The notes beneath the pieces are model-generated. The model did not search any database and was not told where the DNA came from. It was given only the letters and a program-made list of their open reading frames with translations. DNA of 59,195 nt, the filler included. It is 5 parts of 5 records of this genome, joined end to end, with 100 filler letters (N's around TTAATTAATTAA, not from the genome) between each part and the next. Parts side by side here need not be neighbours in the genome. Positions count along the whole stretch, not along the records: positions 1 to 29,928 come from SRR20825006_2475; 4 more parts are not named here. The stretch is one strand, 5' to 3'. Of the stretch, positions 1-8,265 are shown piece by piece. Position numbers and translations under genes: made by a program. Positions within the stretch are counted from its first letter, which is position 1, and each line of letters begins with the position of its first letter.

Positions 1-1650
1 GATCTGTTCGGCGCCGTTGGAATGGCCGTCGAGGCCCGGCTTGCCGAGCACATAGGTCAGCTGGCGCCCGAGCGCTTCGGAAACACGCTCGACGTCCTTG
101 CGGACAGCGGCCGCATCTTCCTCGCCATCGGTCTTGATAACCATGGCGACGCCCGTGGGTGCTCGGAATTCGCCAAACACGTCCCGCATTGCCGTGCCCC
201 ATTCACCTGTCGTGACGCCGGCCTTCGCGCAGGCAATCGAGGGCTCCATGATATTGGTCCCGTCCTGTGCGGCTTGCTTCAGCGCGGCGAGCGCATTTTC
301 AACGGCGCTTGCATCTCGCTTGCTGCGCCATTCTTTCAGGTCGCGAACCTGGGCGGATTCCTCTGCCGGGTCGACCGTTTGGATCGATCCGTCGCCGCCT
401 GCGAGTGGGCTCTCCGCCGTCTCGACATAGCGGTTGACGCCAACCACGGTCAGATCACCGCTCTCAATCGCCTTGATGCGATCAATATGTGCGCCGACGA
501 GGCTCTCCTTCATATGGTCGATCGACTGGATTGCGCCGCCCCGCGCATCGAGGTCAGCCAGCGTATCCCGGGCCAGCGCCTTCAGCTCTTCTGTTTTGGA
601 TTCGATGACATGGCTGCCGTCGAAGATGTCTTCGTATTCCAGGAGGTCTGTTTCATAGGCGAGGATCTGCTGCAGACGCAGCGACCATTGCTGGTCCCAC
701 GGGCGTGGCAGGCCCAGCGCCTCATTCCAGGCCGGCAGCTGCAGGGCCCGGCAGCGAGCCTTCTTCGACAGGGTGACGGCCATTGCCTCGATCAGGATGC
801 GATAGACATTGTTTTCAGGCTGCGGCTCGGTCAGGCCAAGCGAGTTCACCTGTACGCCATAGCGGAACAGCAGCGCCTTCGGACTGGTCACGCCATAGCG
901 TTCGCGGCCAATCTCTTCCCAGAGTTCCACAAAGGCACGCATCTTACAAAGTTCCGTAACGAAACGAACTCCGGCGTTCACGAAGAAGGAAATTCGACCG
1001 AAGACCGTTTCAAAGTCTGATTCCGGAACCTGCCCTCCGGCTTTTACGGTATCCAGCACCGAGATTGCCGTGGCCAAAGCATAGGCGAGTTCCTGTTCCG
1101 GCGTCGCGCCCGCTTCCTGCAAATGGTAAGAGCAGACATTCATCGGATTCCATTTCGGGACCTCGGTGTAGCACCAGCTGACCATATCCGAGATCAGACG
1201 CAGGCTCGGTTCCGGCGGGAATACATAGGTGCCGCGCGAGAGGTATTCCTTCACAATGTCATTCTGAGTGGTGCCGCGCAGTTTCTTGCGATCATCTCCG
1301 CGCTCATCCGCCAGTGCCACATACAGCGCCAGCATCCAGGCGGCTGGCGCATTGATCGTCATTGATGTGTTCATCTCTTCCAGCGGCAGCTGGTCGAACA
1401 GGAGGCGCATGTCGCCGAGATGCTTGACCGGCACGCCCACTTTGCCAACTTCGCCCTTGGAGAGGATGTGGTCTGCGTCATACGCGGTCTGGGTGGGCAG
1501 GTCGAAGGCAATCGACAAGCCTGTCTGACCCTTGGCGAGGTTGCCGCGATACAGTTCGTTGGATTTTGTTGCCGTTGAATGTCCGGCATAGGTCCGGAAA
1601 ATCCACGGGCGGTCCGGTGCGTGCTGGTATGCTTTATCCATGTCTGCCAC
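1..1650 (-). CDS. ecm: Ethylmalonyl-CoA mutase (MeaA/Ecm, B12-dependent); 3' end runs off the window start
   Basis: Absent from the ORF track because there is no stop inside the window. Manual minus-strand translation from GTG 1650 (RBS AGGGGAG) gives MADMDKAYQHAPDRPWIFRTYAGHSTATKSNELYRGNLAKGQTGLSIAFDLPTQTAYD, the typical MeaA N-terminus; ccr is nearby. Confidence 0.92.
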   Translation of the reverse strand, partial: MADMDKAYQHAPDRPWIFRTYAGHSTATKSNELYRGNLAKGQTGLSIAFDLPTQTAYDADHILSKGEVGKVGVPVKHLGDMRLLFDQLPLEEMNTSMTINAPAAWMLALYVALADERGDDRKKLRGTTQNDIVKEYLSRGTYVFPPEPSLRLISDMVSWCYTEVPKWNPMNVCSYHLQEAGATPEQELAYALATAISVLDTVKAGGQVPESDFETVFGRISFFVNAGVRFVTELCKMRAFVELWEEIGRERYGVTSPKALLFRYGVQVNSLGLTEPQPENNVYRILIEAMAVTLSKKARCRALQLPAWNEALGLPRPWDQQWSLRLQQILAYETDLLEYEDIFDGSHVIESKTEELKALARDTLADLDARGGAIQSIDHMKESLVGAHIDRIKAIESGDLTVVGVNRYVETAESPLAGGDGSIQTVDPAEESAQVRDLKEWRSKRDASAVENALAALKQAAQDGTNIMEPSIACAKAGVTTGEWGTAMRDVFGEFRAPTGVAMVIKTDGEEDAAAVRKDVERVSEALGRQLTYVLGKPGLDGHSNGAEQI

Positions 1651-1667
1651 GGAATTCTCCCCTTGTT

Positions 1668-1684
1668 ATGTTGCGGCGCAGCAT
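1668..1684. promoter_or_regulatory. Palindromic TGC-N3-GCA operator (PhaR-like) upstream of ecm
   Basis: ATGTTGCGGCGCAGCAT, a near-perfect inverted repeat; a related site lies at 3556-3572. Confidence 0.5.
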
Positions 1685-1766
1685 GCCGCGTGCAACGTCA
1701 CAAGGCAAGCGCTGCTGCTTGCGTCAGGATGTCTGAACAACCAGATGTAGGCGAGAGGAGATTGCC

Positions 1767-2285
1767 GTGAACCCACCGACCAATGTGATCCAGACTGCCC
1801 TGCTTTTGCGGATTGTCGCTATCCTGGCCTTTCCGGTCGGTGTGGTGATTGCAGCGCTGATGGAGCGTAGTGTGCTCATGGTCGCCTTGCTCGCAGCGGG
1901 CATGTTGGCGGTCAGCTGGGTCGAGCGGTTTCGACTGCACCGGTTGTCCGGGAATGATGCGTACCCCGCCATCACGGGATTATTGCCCGGCTTTGCTGTG
2001 CGAGCAGGCTTTCTGGCTGGCCTGTTCATTGTCAGCCTTGGCGTGCTCGCTCTGTTTCGTGAGACCATTCTGGCGCGGGGGCTCGGTCTGACTGATCTTG
2101 GTCTTTTTTCTGCCGTGGCTGGCGTTACTCTGCTGGCCAATGCCATCAGCGCGCGCATGGCGACCCGGGAAGTGTCGAGTGTCATGGCCCAGATGAACGC
2201 CAATATCACGCCGCCGGGCGGGGCGTCTCAGGCTGGCGTAGGGCCGGGTGAAATCATCGAAGGCGAAGTGATCGACCGCGACTGA
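1767..2285 (+). CDS. Hypothetical multi-TM membrane protein
   Basis: GTG start after GAGGAG; about 4 hydrophobic segments; C-terminal IIEGEVID tail. Confidence 0.7.
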   Translation: MNPPTNVIQTALLLRIVAILAFPVGVVIAALMERSVLMVALLAAGMLAVSWVERFRLHRLSGNDAYPAITGLLPGFAVRAGFLAGLFIVSLGVLALFRETILARGLGLTDLGLFSAVAGVTLLANAISARMATREVSSVMAQMNANITPPGGASQAGVGPGEIIEGEVIDRD

Positions 2286-2398
2286 AACGGGTATGGTCTC
2301 GTTACCGCAAACATTCATGAGCACCATGCGATTCCAGGCGGTTTCGTGAGGGCTGCAAATCGGCTATACGGCGCGGGCTCTAAAGGAATTTCCCCTCA

Positions 2399-2701
2399 AT
2401 GTCTGACATGATTGGCCTGATGGCCGCAGCTCTGACGACCCTGTCTTTCCTGCCTCAGGCCCTGATGGTCATTCGCACCGGAAGGACTGATGGGATTTCG
2501 CTGATCATGTATGCGATGTTCACTACCGGCGTCGCAGGTTGGCTGGTCTATGGCATTCTGCTGGGATCGCTCCCCATGATCGTGGCCAATAGCGTCACGC
2601 TGCTGTTGGCCAGTATGATCCTGGCCCTCAAAGTGCGTCACTCGCTTCAGGCCAAAGCCCAAGCCGCGACCTTTTCCACATCAGCGCCAATCGCCTCATA
2701 A
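2399..2701 (+). CDS. SemiSWEET (PQ-loop) sugar transporter
   Basis: IGLMAAALTTLSFLPQ...TDGISLIMY...WLVYG...PMIVAN motifs; overlaps the convergent aminotransferase gene by 55 bp. Confidence 0.9.
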   Translation: MSDMIGLMAAALTTLSFLPQALMVIRTGRTDGISLIMYAMFTTGVAGWLVYGILLGSLPMIVANSVTLLLASMILALKVRHSLQAKAQAATFSTSAPIAS

Positions 2702-3531
2702 TAGAGGCGCTGTACTTGCCGCGTAACAGGGCCCGGCTTGCCGGTGCCGACCGGTCGATCCTCCAGCTGTATGACAGGCGCAATCATAGCCCCCGCTGAG
2801 GTCGTGAAAATCTCCTTGGCAGCGTATGCCTCATTCGGTGTGAAGGCGCGCTCCTCGATATCCAGTCCCTGATTGCGAAGCCGGGCAATGACATGGGCGC
2901 GCGTAATTCCGGGCAGTATGTCGCTGGACAGATTGCGCGTGATGATCCGGCCCTCCTCGGTCACGATCCATGTATTGGCTGAGGCCGCTTCGGTGACGTG
3001 GCCGTCCTCGACCATGAACGCGGTTTCGGCGCCGGCTTCGCGCGCAGCGCGGTAGGCGAGGGCCTGCGACAGGAGTTGAGTTGTCTTGATATCGCGCCGA
3101 CGCCAGCGAATGTCGTTCAGGAAGATGGCGCGAATGCCCTGTTCGGCTTTCTCACTGATCAGGGGGCGATGATCCGCATACAGGAAAATTGTGGGTGTGA
3201 AGGTCTCCGGGCCAGCAAAATCCCGGGAGTCGTAGGCGCCTGCTGAAACTTCGAGATAGATCAGTCCCTCTGAAAGGCCGTTGCGGGCAATCAACTGGCT
3301 GTGAATGTCCTCCCACGCGGCCGCGTCATGTGGGTTAGGGATGGAAATTGCTTCCAGCGTGTTGCCGAGGCGCGACACATGACCTTCGAAATCGATCAGT
3401 TTTCCGCCGTAAACAGCGGTCACTTCATAGGCTGCGTGGGAAAACAGGAATCCCCGGTCCAGCGGGGAGATCAGGGCGTCTTTCCGCTGGGTGAAGACTC
3501 CGTTCAGATAAACCGTGTCGCCGATAGACAT
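2647..3531 (-). CDS. dat: Class IV PLP aminotransferase, D-amino-acid transaminase type
   Basis: Start re-assigned to MSIGDTVYLNG; ISPLDRGFLF, RRDIKTTQLL (catalytic Lys) and ILPGITR motifs. Confidence 0.85.
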   Translation of the reverse strand: MSIGDTVYLNGVFTQRKDALISPLDRGFLFSHAAYEVTAVYGGKLIDFEGHVSRLGNTLEAISIPNPHDAAAWEDIHSQLIARNGLSEGLIYLEVSAGAYDSRDFAGPETFTPTIFLYADHRPLISEKAEQGIRAIFLNDIRWRRRDIKTTQLLSQALAYRAAREAGAETAFMVEDGHVTEAASANTWIVTEEGRIITRNLSSDILPGITRAHVIARLRNQGLDIEERAFTPNEAYAAKEIFTTSAGAMIAPVIQLEDRPVGTGKPGPVTRQVQRLYYEAIGADVEKVAAWALA

Positions 3532-3555
3532 GATTGCAACGCCCCTTTTTCGAAA

Positions 3556-3572
3556 TTTGTGCAGCGCAACAA
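3556..3572. promoter_or_regulatory. TGC-N3-GCA operator-like site in the dat/ccr divergent region
   Basis: TTTGTGCAGCGCAACAA with AT-rich flanks; resembles the site upstream of ecm. Confidence 0.45.
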
Positions 3573-3693
3573 AATTCTTGCAAGCTCTTCGTTCAGCGGC
3601 CAAGGTGGCGGGAACCGGGTGGTTTGTGAAGCCACGAATAATTGTGCGCCAGACCATCCCGGAAATGTAATCAAGGAGGAGGGCCCCCCTGCC

Positions 3694-4950
3694 ATGGCAA
3701 GGGAAACCAAAGATATTTACGAGCTCGGCGAGATCCCGCCGGAGTTCCACGTTCCGAAGATGATGCACGCCTGGGCGATCCGCCGCGACCGTCACGGGCG
3801 TCCGTCAACGGCGATGCAGCTGGAACAGGTTCCGGTTCCGGAAATCGATTCCGACGAAGTGCTGGTCCTCGTGATGGCAGCTGGCGTGAACTATAATGGC
3901 ATCTGGGCCGCACTTGGCGAGCCGATGTCCGTATTCGACGTTCACAAGCAGGATTTCCACGTTGCAGGGTCCGACGCGTCCGGGATCGTATGGGCTGTCG
4001 GTCGCAAAGTGACACGCGTGAAGCCGGGTGACGAAGTGGTCATCCACTGCAACCAGGATGATGGCGACGACGAGGAATGTAATGGCGGCGACCCGATGTT
4101 CTCGCCCAGTCAGCGTATCTGGGGCTACGAAACTCCAGACGGCTCCTTCGCCCAATTCTGCCGCGTGCAGGCGCGCCAATGCATGCCGCGCCCCAAGCAT
4201 CTGACCTGGGAAGAGAGCGCCTGCTACACACTGACGCTTGCCACAGCCTACCGCATGCTGTTCGGCCACCGCCCGCACATCGTGAAGCCGGCAGACAATG
4301 TCCTTGTCTGGGGCGCCTCGGGCGGCCTTGGCAGCTTCGGTGTCCAGCTTTGTGCTGTCACGGGGGCGAACGCGATTGGGGTCGTCGGAAGCGATGACAA
4401 GAAAGAGCATGTGCTCAGTCTCGGTGCCAAAGGCGTGCTCAACCGCAAGGACTTCAATTGCTGGGGGCAGCTGCCAACGGTGAATGGTCCGGAATTCAAT
4501 GACTATATGAAAGAGAGCCGAAAGTTCGGCAAGGCGATCTGGGAACTCACTGACAAGAAGGATGTCGACATCGTCTTCGAACATCCGGGTGAGTCGACTT
4601 TCCCTGTGTCTGTGTTCGTTGTGAAGCGTGGCGGCATGGTCGTCATCTGCGCCGGCACGACCGGCTTCAACCTGACCATGGATGCGCGCTTCCTCTGGAT
4701 GCGGCAGAAGCGGGTACAGGGCAGCCATTTCGCAAACCTGAAACAGGCAAGCGCCGCGAACCAATTGGTGATCAACCGGCGCATTGATCCGGGCATGTCC
4801 GAAGTCTTCCCGTGGGAAGACATTCCGGCCGCGCACGACAAGATGCTGGACAACAAGCATCTGCCTGGAAACATGGCTGTTCTGGTGACCTCACCAAAGC
4901 CGGGTCTCCGAACGGTTGAAGATGTTCTGGCGGTAAACGGCCAAGCCTAG
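3694..4950 (+). CDS. ccrA: Crotonyl-CoA carboxylase/reductase
   Basis: Start re-assigned to MARETKDIYELGEIPP; MAAGVNYNGIWA, QRIWGYETPDGSFAQF and WMRQKRVQGSHFAN motifs. Confidence 0.96.
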   Translation: MARETKDIYELGEIPPEFHVPKMMHAWAIRRDRHGRPSTAMQLEQVPVPEIDSDEVLVLVMAAGVNYNGIWAALGEPMSVFDVHKQDFHVAGSDASGIVWAVGRKVTRVKPGDEVVIHCNQDDGDDEECNGGDPMFSPSQRIWGYETPDGSFAQFCRVQARQCMPRPKHLTWEESACYTLTLATAYRMLFGHRPHIVKPADNVLVWGASGGLGSFGVQLCAVTGANAIGVVGSDDKKEHVLSLGAKGVLNRKDFNCWGQLPTVNGPEFNDYMKESRKFGKAIWELTDKKDVDIVFEHPGESTFPVSVFVVKRGGMVVICAGTTGFNLTMDARFLWMRQKRVQGSHFANLKQASAANQLVINRRIDPGMSEVFPWEDIPAAHDKMLDNKHLPGNMAVLVTSPKPGLRTVEDVLAVNGQA

Positions 4951-4961
4951 TAACAGGCCGT

Positions 4962-5315
4962 ATGGCCAGACTGGACGCTGATTCGTTTGCCCGTGAATGG
5001 GTAGCAGCCTGGAATGATCACGACCTCGACGCTGTGCTGTCGCACTATGCCGACGGGGTCGTGTTCCATTCGCCGCGCATTGCGCTGGTGATGGGGACGG
5101 ATGAGGATTTCCTGACTGGAAAAGCGGGGCTGCGCAAATACTGGCAGGCCGCAATGGCCAGCGCGAGTGATCTGTATTTTGAACTGGAAGACGTGTTGAC
5201 CGGATCAGACGCGATCACGTTGCTTTACACCAACCATCGCGGCCAGAACGCGGCTGAAACTTTTATTTTCGATGAGGATGGCGAAATCTGTATCGCTGTC
5301 GCGACCTACGGCTAA
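4962..5315 (+). CDS. SnoaL/NTF2-like protein
   Basis: FAREWVAAWNDHDLDAVLSHYADGVVFHSP motif. Confidence 0.85.
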   Translation: MARLDADSFAREWVAAWNDHDLDAVLSHYADGVVFHSPRIALVMGTDEDFLTGKAGLRKYWQAAMASASDLYFELEDVLTGSDAITLLYTNHRGQNAAETFIFDEDGEICIAVATYG

Positions 5316-6052
5316 AGCTCGTCCATGCCGCCCGGATTGCGCCGACGGCGGACCAACCACATAACGCCCCGCAAATCGGACAGGGCATCGGCCAATCGGC
5401 CAAAATTCGTATAGTTCGATGTTCCGCTACGACGCTCGCGATGATTCACGTCGCGATATTCCACATCGAAGCCTTCGGCCTGCATCAGGGCAGGGACGTA
5501 GCGATGGATATGATCGAAATAGGGCAACCTCAGGAAGGCTTCCCGATAGATCGCCTTCACGCCACAGCCGGCATCGTCACAATCATCCCGCAGCAGGCGT
5601 TTGCGGATCTTGTTGGCAAAACTGCTGCCAAACCGCTTCCAGGCAGTGTCTTTACGCTTGGTGCGGCGGCCCATAACCATTTTCAGCGATTCCGGCGCAT
5701 CTGCCCGCGTCAGCTGGCGGTACAGGTCTGGCAGATCGGCTGGATCGTTCTGTCCATCGCCATCCAGCGTGCCAATCACCGGCGCGCGCGCCGCCATTAT
5801 TCCGGAACGGATGGCCCGGCTCTGCCCGGCATTGTTGCGGTGCCCGATCACGCGCAACATCGGAAAGCGCTCCTTCAGTTCGATCAGGCGTGCCCGCGTG
5901 TCATCGGTCGACGCATCATCGACGAACACCATTTCGAATGCGCGCCCATCGAGCGCGCGGTGAATCTCGGTGATCAGGGATTCGACATTGCCGGATTCAT
6001 TATGAACCGGAACAACGATGGAAAATTCAAGCGACTGGGCCACGGCTGGCAC
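5312..6052 (-). CDS. GT2 polyprenol-phosphate glycosyltransferase (ArnC/DPM1-like)
   Basis: SIVVPVHNE, VDDASTD, LDGDGQNDPAD and DAGCGVK motifs. Confidence 0.9.
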   Translation of the reverse strand: MPAVAQSLEFSIVVPVHNESGNVESLITEIHRALDGRAFEMVFVDDASTDDTRARLIELKERFPMLRVIGHRNNAGQSRAIRSGIMAARAPVIGTLDGDGQNDPADLPDLYRQLTRADAPESLKMVMGRRTKRKDTAWKRFGSSFANKIRKRLLRDDCDDAGCGVKAIYREAFLRLPYFDHIHRYVPALMQAEGFDVEYRDVNHRERRSGTSNYTNFGRLADALSDLRGVMWLVRRRRNPGGMDEL

Positions 6053-6198
6053 CTTTCAGGCAGGGGCTCGCGAGCGCGCGAGGCAGGTTTCGCACGCTCA
6101 TACAAAGCGATTTGACGCAAGGCGAGCCCTGCGGCGCATTTGTCACGCTAGGAATCTCAGCGCAAAACCCTGAAGACGCGCGGACATGAACAAGGTAA

Positions 6199-8262
6199 AT
6201 GGCAATCATGACTTTGCTTGATCGACTTTCCACCGGCTGGAAACCCTGGTTCGTCCTGTTCATCCTTACATTCGGCGCTGCCGCGCCCGGCGTGTTCAAT
6301 TTGCCTGCCCTCGACAGGGATGAGAGCCGGTTTGCGCAGGCCTCGAAGGAAATGCTGGAGGAGCAGGATTATATCCGCATCCAGTATCAGGATGAGCTGC
6401 GCAACAAGAAGCCGGCAGGCATTCACTGGCTGCAGGCCGCCTCGACGGCAGTGTTTACGGGGCCCGAGGCAAAGCAGATCTGGACCTATCGCGTGCCGAG
6501 CTGGTTGGGGGCCGCCTTCGGAACGCTTGCCTGTTTCTGGGCCGGACTGGTCCTGGTTGGGCGAAGGGCCAGCTTTGTCGGCTCAGCCTTGTTCGGCGCG
6601 ACGCTCCTTCTGACATCGGAAGCGCACATCTCGAAAACAGACGGAATGCTCGTTTTCCTGACAACGCTCAGTATAGGTGCGCTTGCGCGCCTTTATATGC
6701 GCCGTGACCAGTCGAAAAAGATGGCGCTGCTCTTCTGGTTTTGCATGGGCACCAGCTTCCTGATCAAGGGGCCAGTGACGCCGATGGTGGCCGCCTATGC
6801 CGGGATCGGGGCATGGGTTTGGGCCAAGGCGACTGACGGAAAAGGAGGCGACTGGTGGCGCGTTTTGCTCTGGTGGCCGGGGCCAGCGATTTTCGTGGCA
6901 ATGGTGCTGCCCTGGTTTCTCTGGATTCAGGCTGCGACTGATGGGCAATACATCAAGGGCGCGGTCGGCAAGGATCTGAAAGACAAGTTCACCGGCGCCT
7001 CTGAGGGGCATGGTGGCTGGCCATTCTACCATCTTACCCATATTCCGGCCTGGTTCTTCCCGGCGACCCTGTTCATCATTCCCGGCTTTGTGGCGGCGTG
7101 GAAGACGTTGAAGCCCATCAAGCCGCAAGGCGCGGCATGGCTGAAGCACGTTTTGTTGGTGGGCGCGGCATTGTTCGCGGTCTTGTTGATCTTGAGTTAT
7201 CTGCTGCCCTTCCTGCCGCGCCCGGCAGGAACGGGACTGGCAGCACAAGCGCTGAACACAATTGCCACCCTCAAGCCGCTGCCAGCATGGCCAGCAGTCT
7301 TGCTCGCCTATTTCTGGTGGGTGTCGGGGCGCGACACATGGATGGCGAAGCATCCGGTCGGAGAAGCGATCATACCTGACGAGACGCGCGCGGTCCGCAT
7401 GCTCGTGGCCTGGGCGGTCCTGACCTATGCCTTCTTCGAACTGATGCCGACACTGCTCAGTCACTACATCCTTCCGGCCTATCCTGCCTTCGGACTGCTC
7501 GCAGGCTATGCAGCGGCTAAAATGATGGAAGGGGAATTGTGGCCCGTTACGCGATGGGCGTCCCTGATCCTGTTCGCGTTGGGGGCGATCCTCTTACTTG
7601 CCGCGTCATTCCCCGGTGTGACAACCCATTTCATGGCGGAAACGGCGGGCGATTTCTCGACAGCCTTTCCCGAAGACGTGCTCGCATCATGGGCGGATTA
7701 TCGGGCGTTCCCACTTTGGTTCTGGTGGATCGGCTTTGGCCTTTGTGGAGTTGCCATCATCGAGTTCAGTCGGCGCCATGAGTGCAATGCTGCCATGTTC
7801 GCCATCTATGCGGCCGTCGCAATCGGCTGGCATATCCGCATCTTCATGCTGCCGAGCCAGGTCTGGGTGCAGCCGACCGAAACGGCGCGGTTGGCGCTGG
7901 AGGATGTCTGCGGTGTGCCGGGCGAGGCGTGTGACTGGCAGCCGCCGGAACGCATCCTGGCGCTTGGCTATGCCGAGCCCTCCTATGTGCTGACCCTTGG
8001 CACGCAGAATCTCCACCCGCCGGAAACCCCGCTCGACCTGCCTCAAGACCCGTCCGCTTATCCGGTTGTCTATCTCGTCAATTTCGAGGATCGCAAGGCC
8101 GAGCCGCCGATCGAAGACGAGATCCGCCATTTGCGCGCTCAGGCCGACCAGATGCGCCTCTGTGTCACCGAGACCGAGCCTTACTATGCGTTGAATTATT
8201 CGAACGGGGACCCGGTCAATTTCCGGGTCCTCCGCTTCGATTATGGCGACTGCCCAGGTTGA
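6199..8262 (+). CDS. ArnT/PMT-family (GT-C) integral membrane glycosyltransferase
   Basis: DRDESRFAQASKEM, RNKKPAGIHW, YRVPS, LIKGP and HYILPAYP motifs; many TM segments. Confidence 0.88.
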   Translation: MAIMTLLDRLSTGWKPWFVLFILTFGAAAPGVFNLPALDRDESRFAQASKEMLEEQDYIRIQYQDELRNKKPAGIHWLQAASTAVFTGPEAKQIWTYRVPSWLGAAFGTLACFWAGLVLVGRRASFVGSALFGATLLLTSEAHISKTDGMLVFLTTLSIGALARLYMRRDQSKKMALLFWFCMGTSFLIKGPVTPMVAAYAGIGAWVWAKATDGKGGDWWRVLLWWPGPAIFVAMVLPWFLWIQAATDGQYIKGAVGKDLKDKFTGASEGHGGWPFYHLTHIPAWFFPATLFIIPGFVAAWKTLKPIKPQGAAWLKHVLLVGAALFAVLLILSYLLPFLPRPAGTGLAAQALNTIATLKPLPAWPAVLLAYFWWVSGRDTWMAKHPVGEAIIPDETRAVRMLVAWAVLTYAFFELMPTLLSHYILPAYPAFGLLAGYAAAKMMEGELWPVTRWASLILFALGAILLLAASFPGVTTHFMAETAGDFSTAFPEDVLASWADYRAFPLWFWWIGFGLCGVAIIEFSRRHECNAAMFAIYAAVAIGWHIRIFMLPSQVWVQPTETARLALEDVCGVPGEACDWQPPERILALGYAEPSYVLTLGTQNLHPPETPLDLPQDPSAYPVVYLVNFEDRKAEPPIEDEIRHLRAQADQMRLCVTETEPYYALNYSNGDPVNFRVLRFDYGDCPG

Positions 8263-8265
8263 TTT

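Noticed and set aside
22-1528. Plus-strand ORFs such as 22..1020 (332 aa)
   Set aside because: Antisense shadows of ecm/meaA, which the ORF track missed. The same applies to most overlapping ORFs in the GC-rich contig, e.g. 18336..19682 and 3805..4860.
3301-3693. Long N-terminal extensions of ccr and dat (and similarly regB and senC) in the ORF track
   Set aside because: They overlap the divergent partner gene; family-typical N-termini support the downstream starts.
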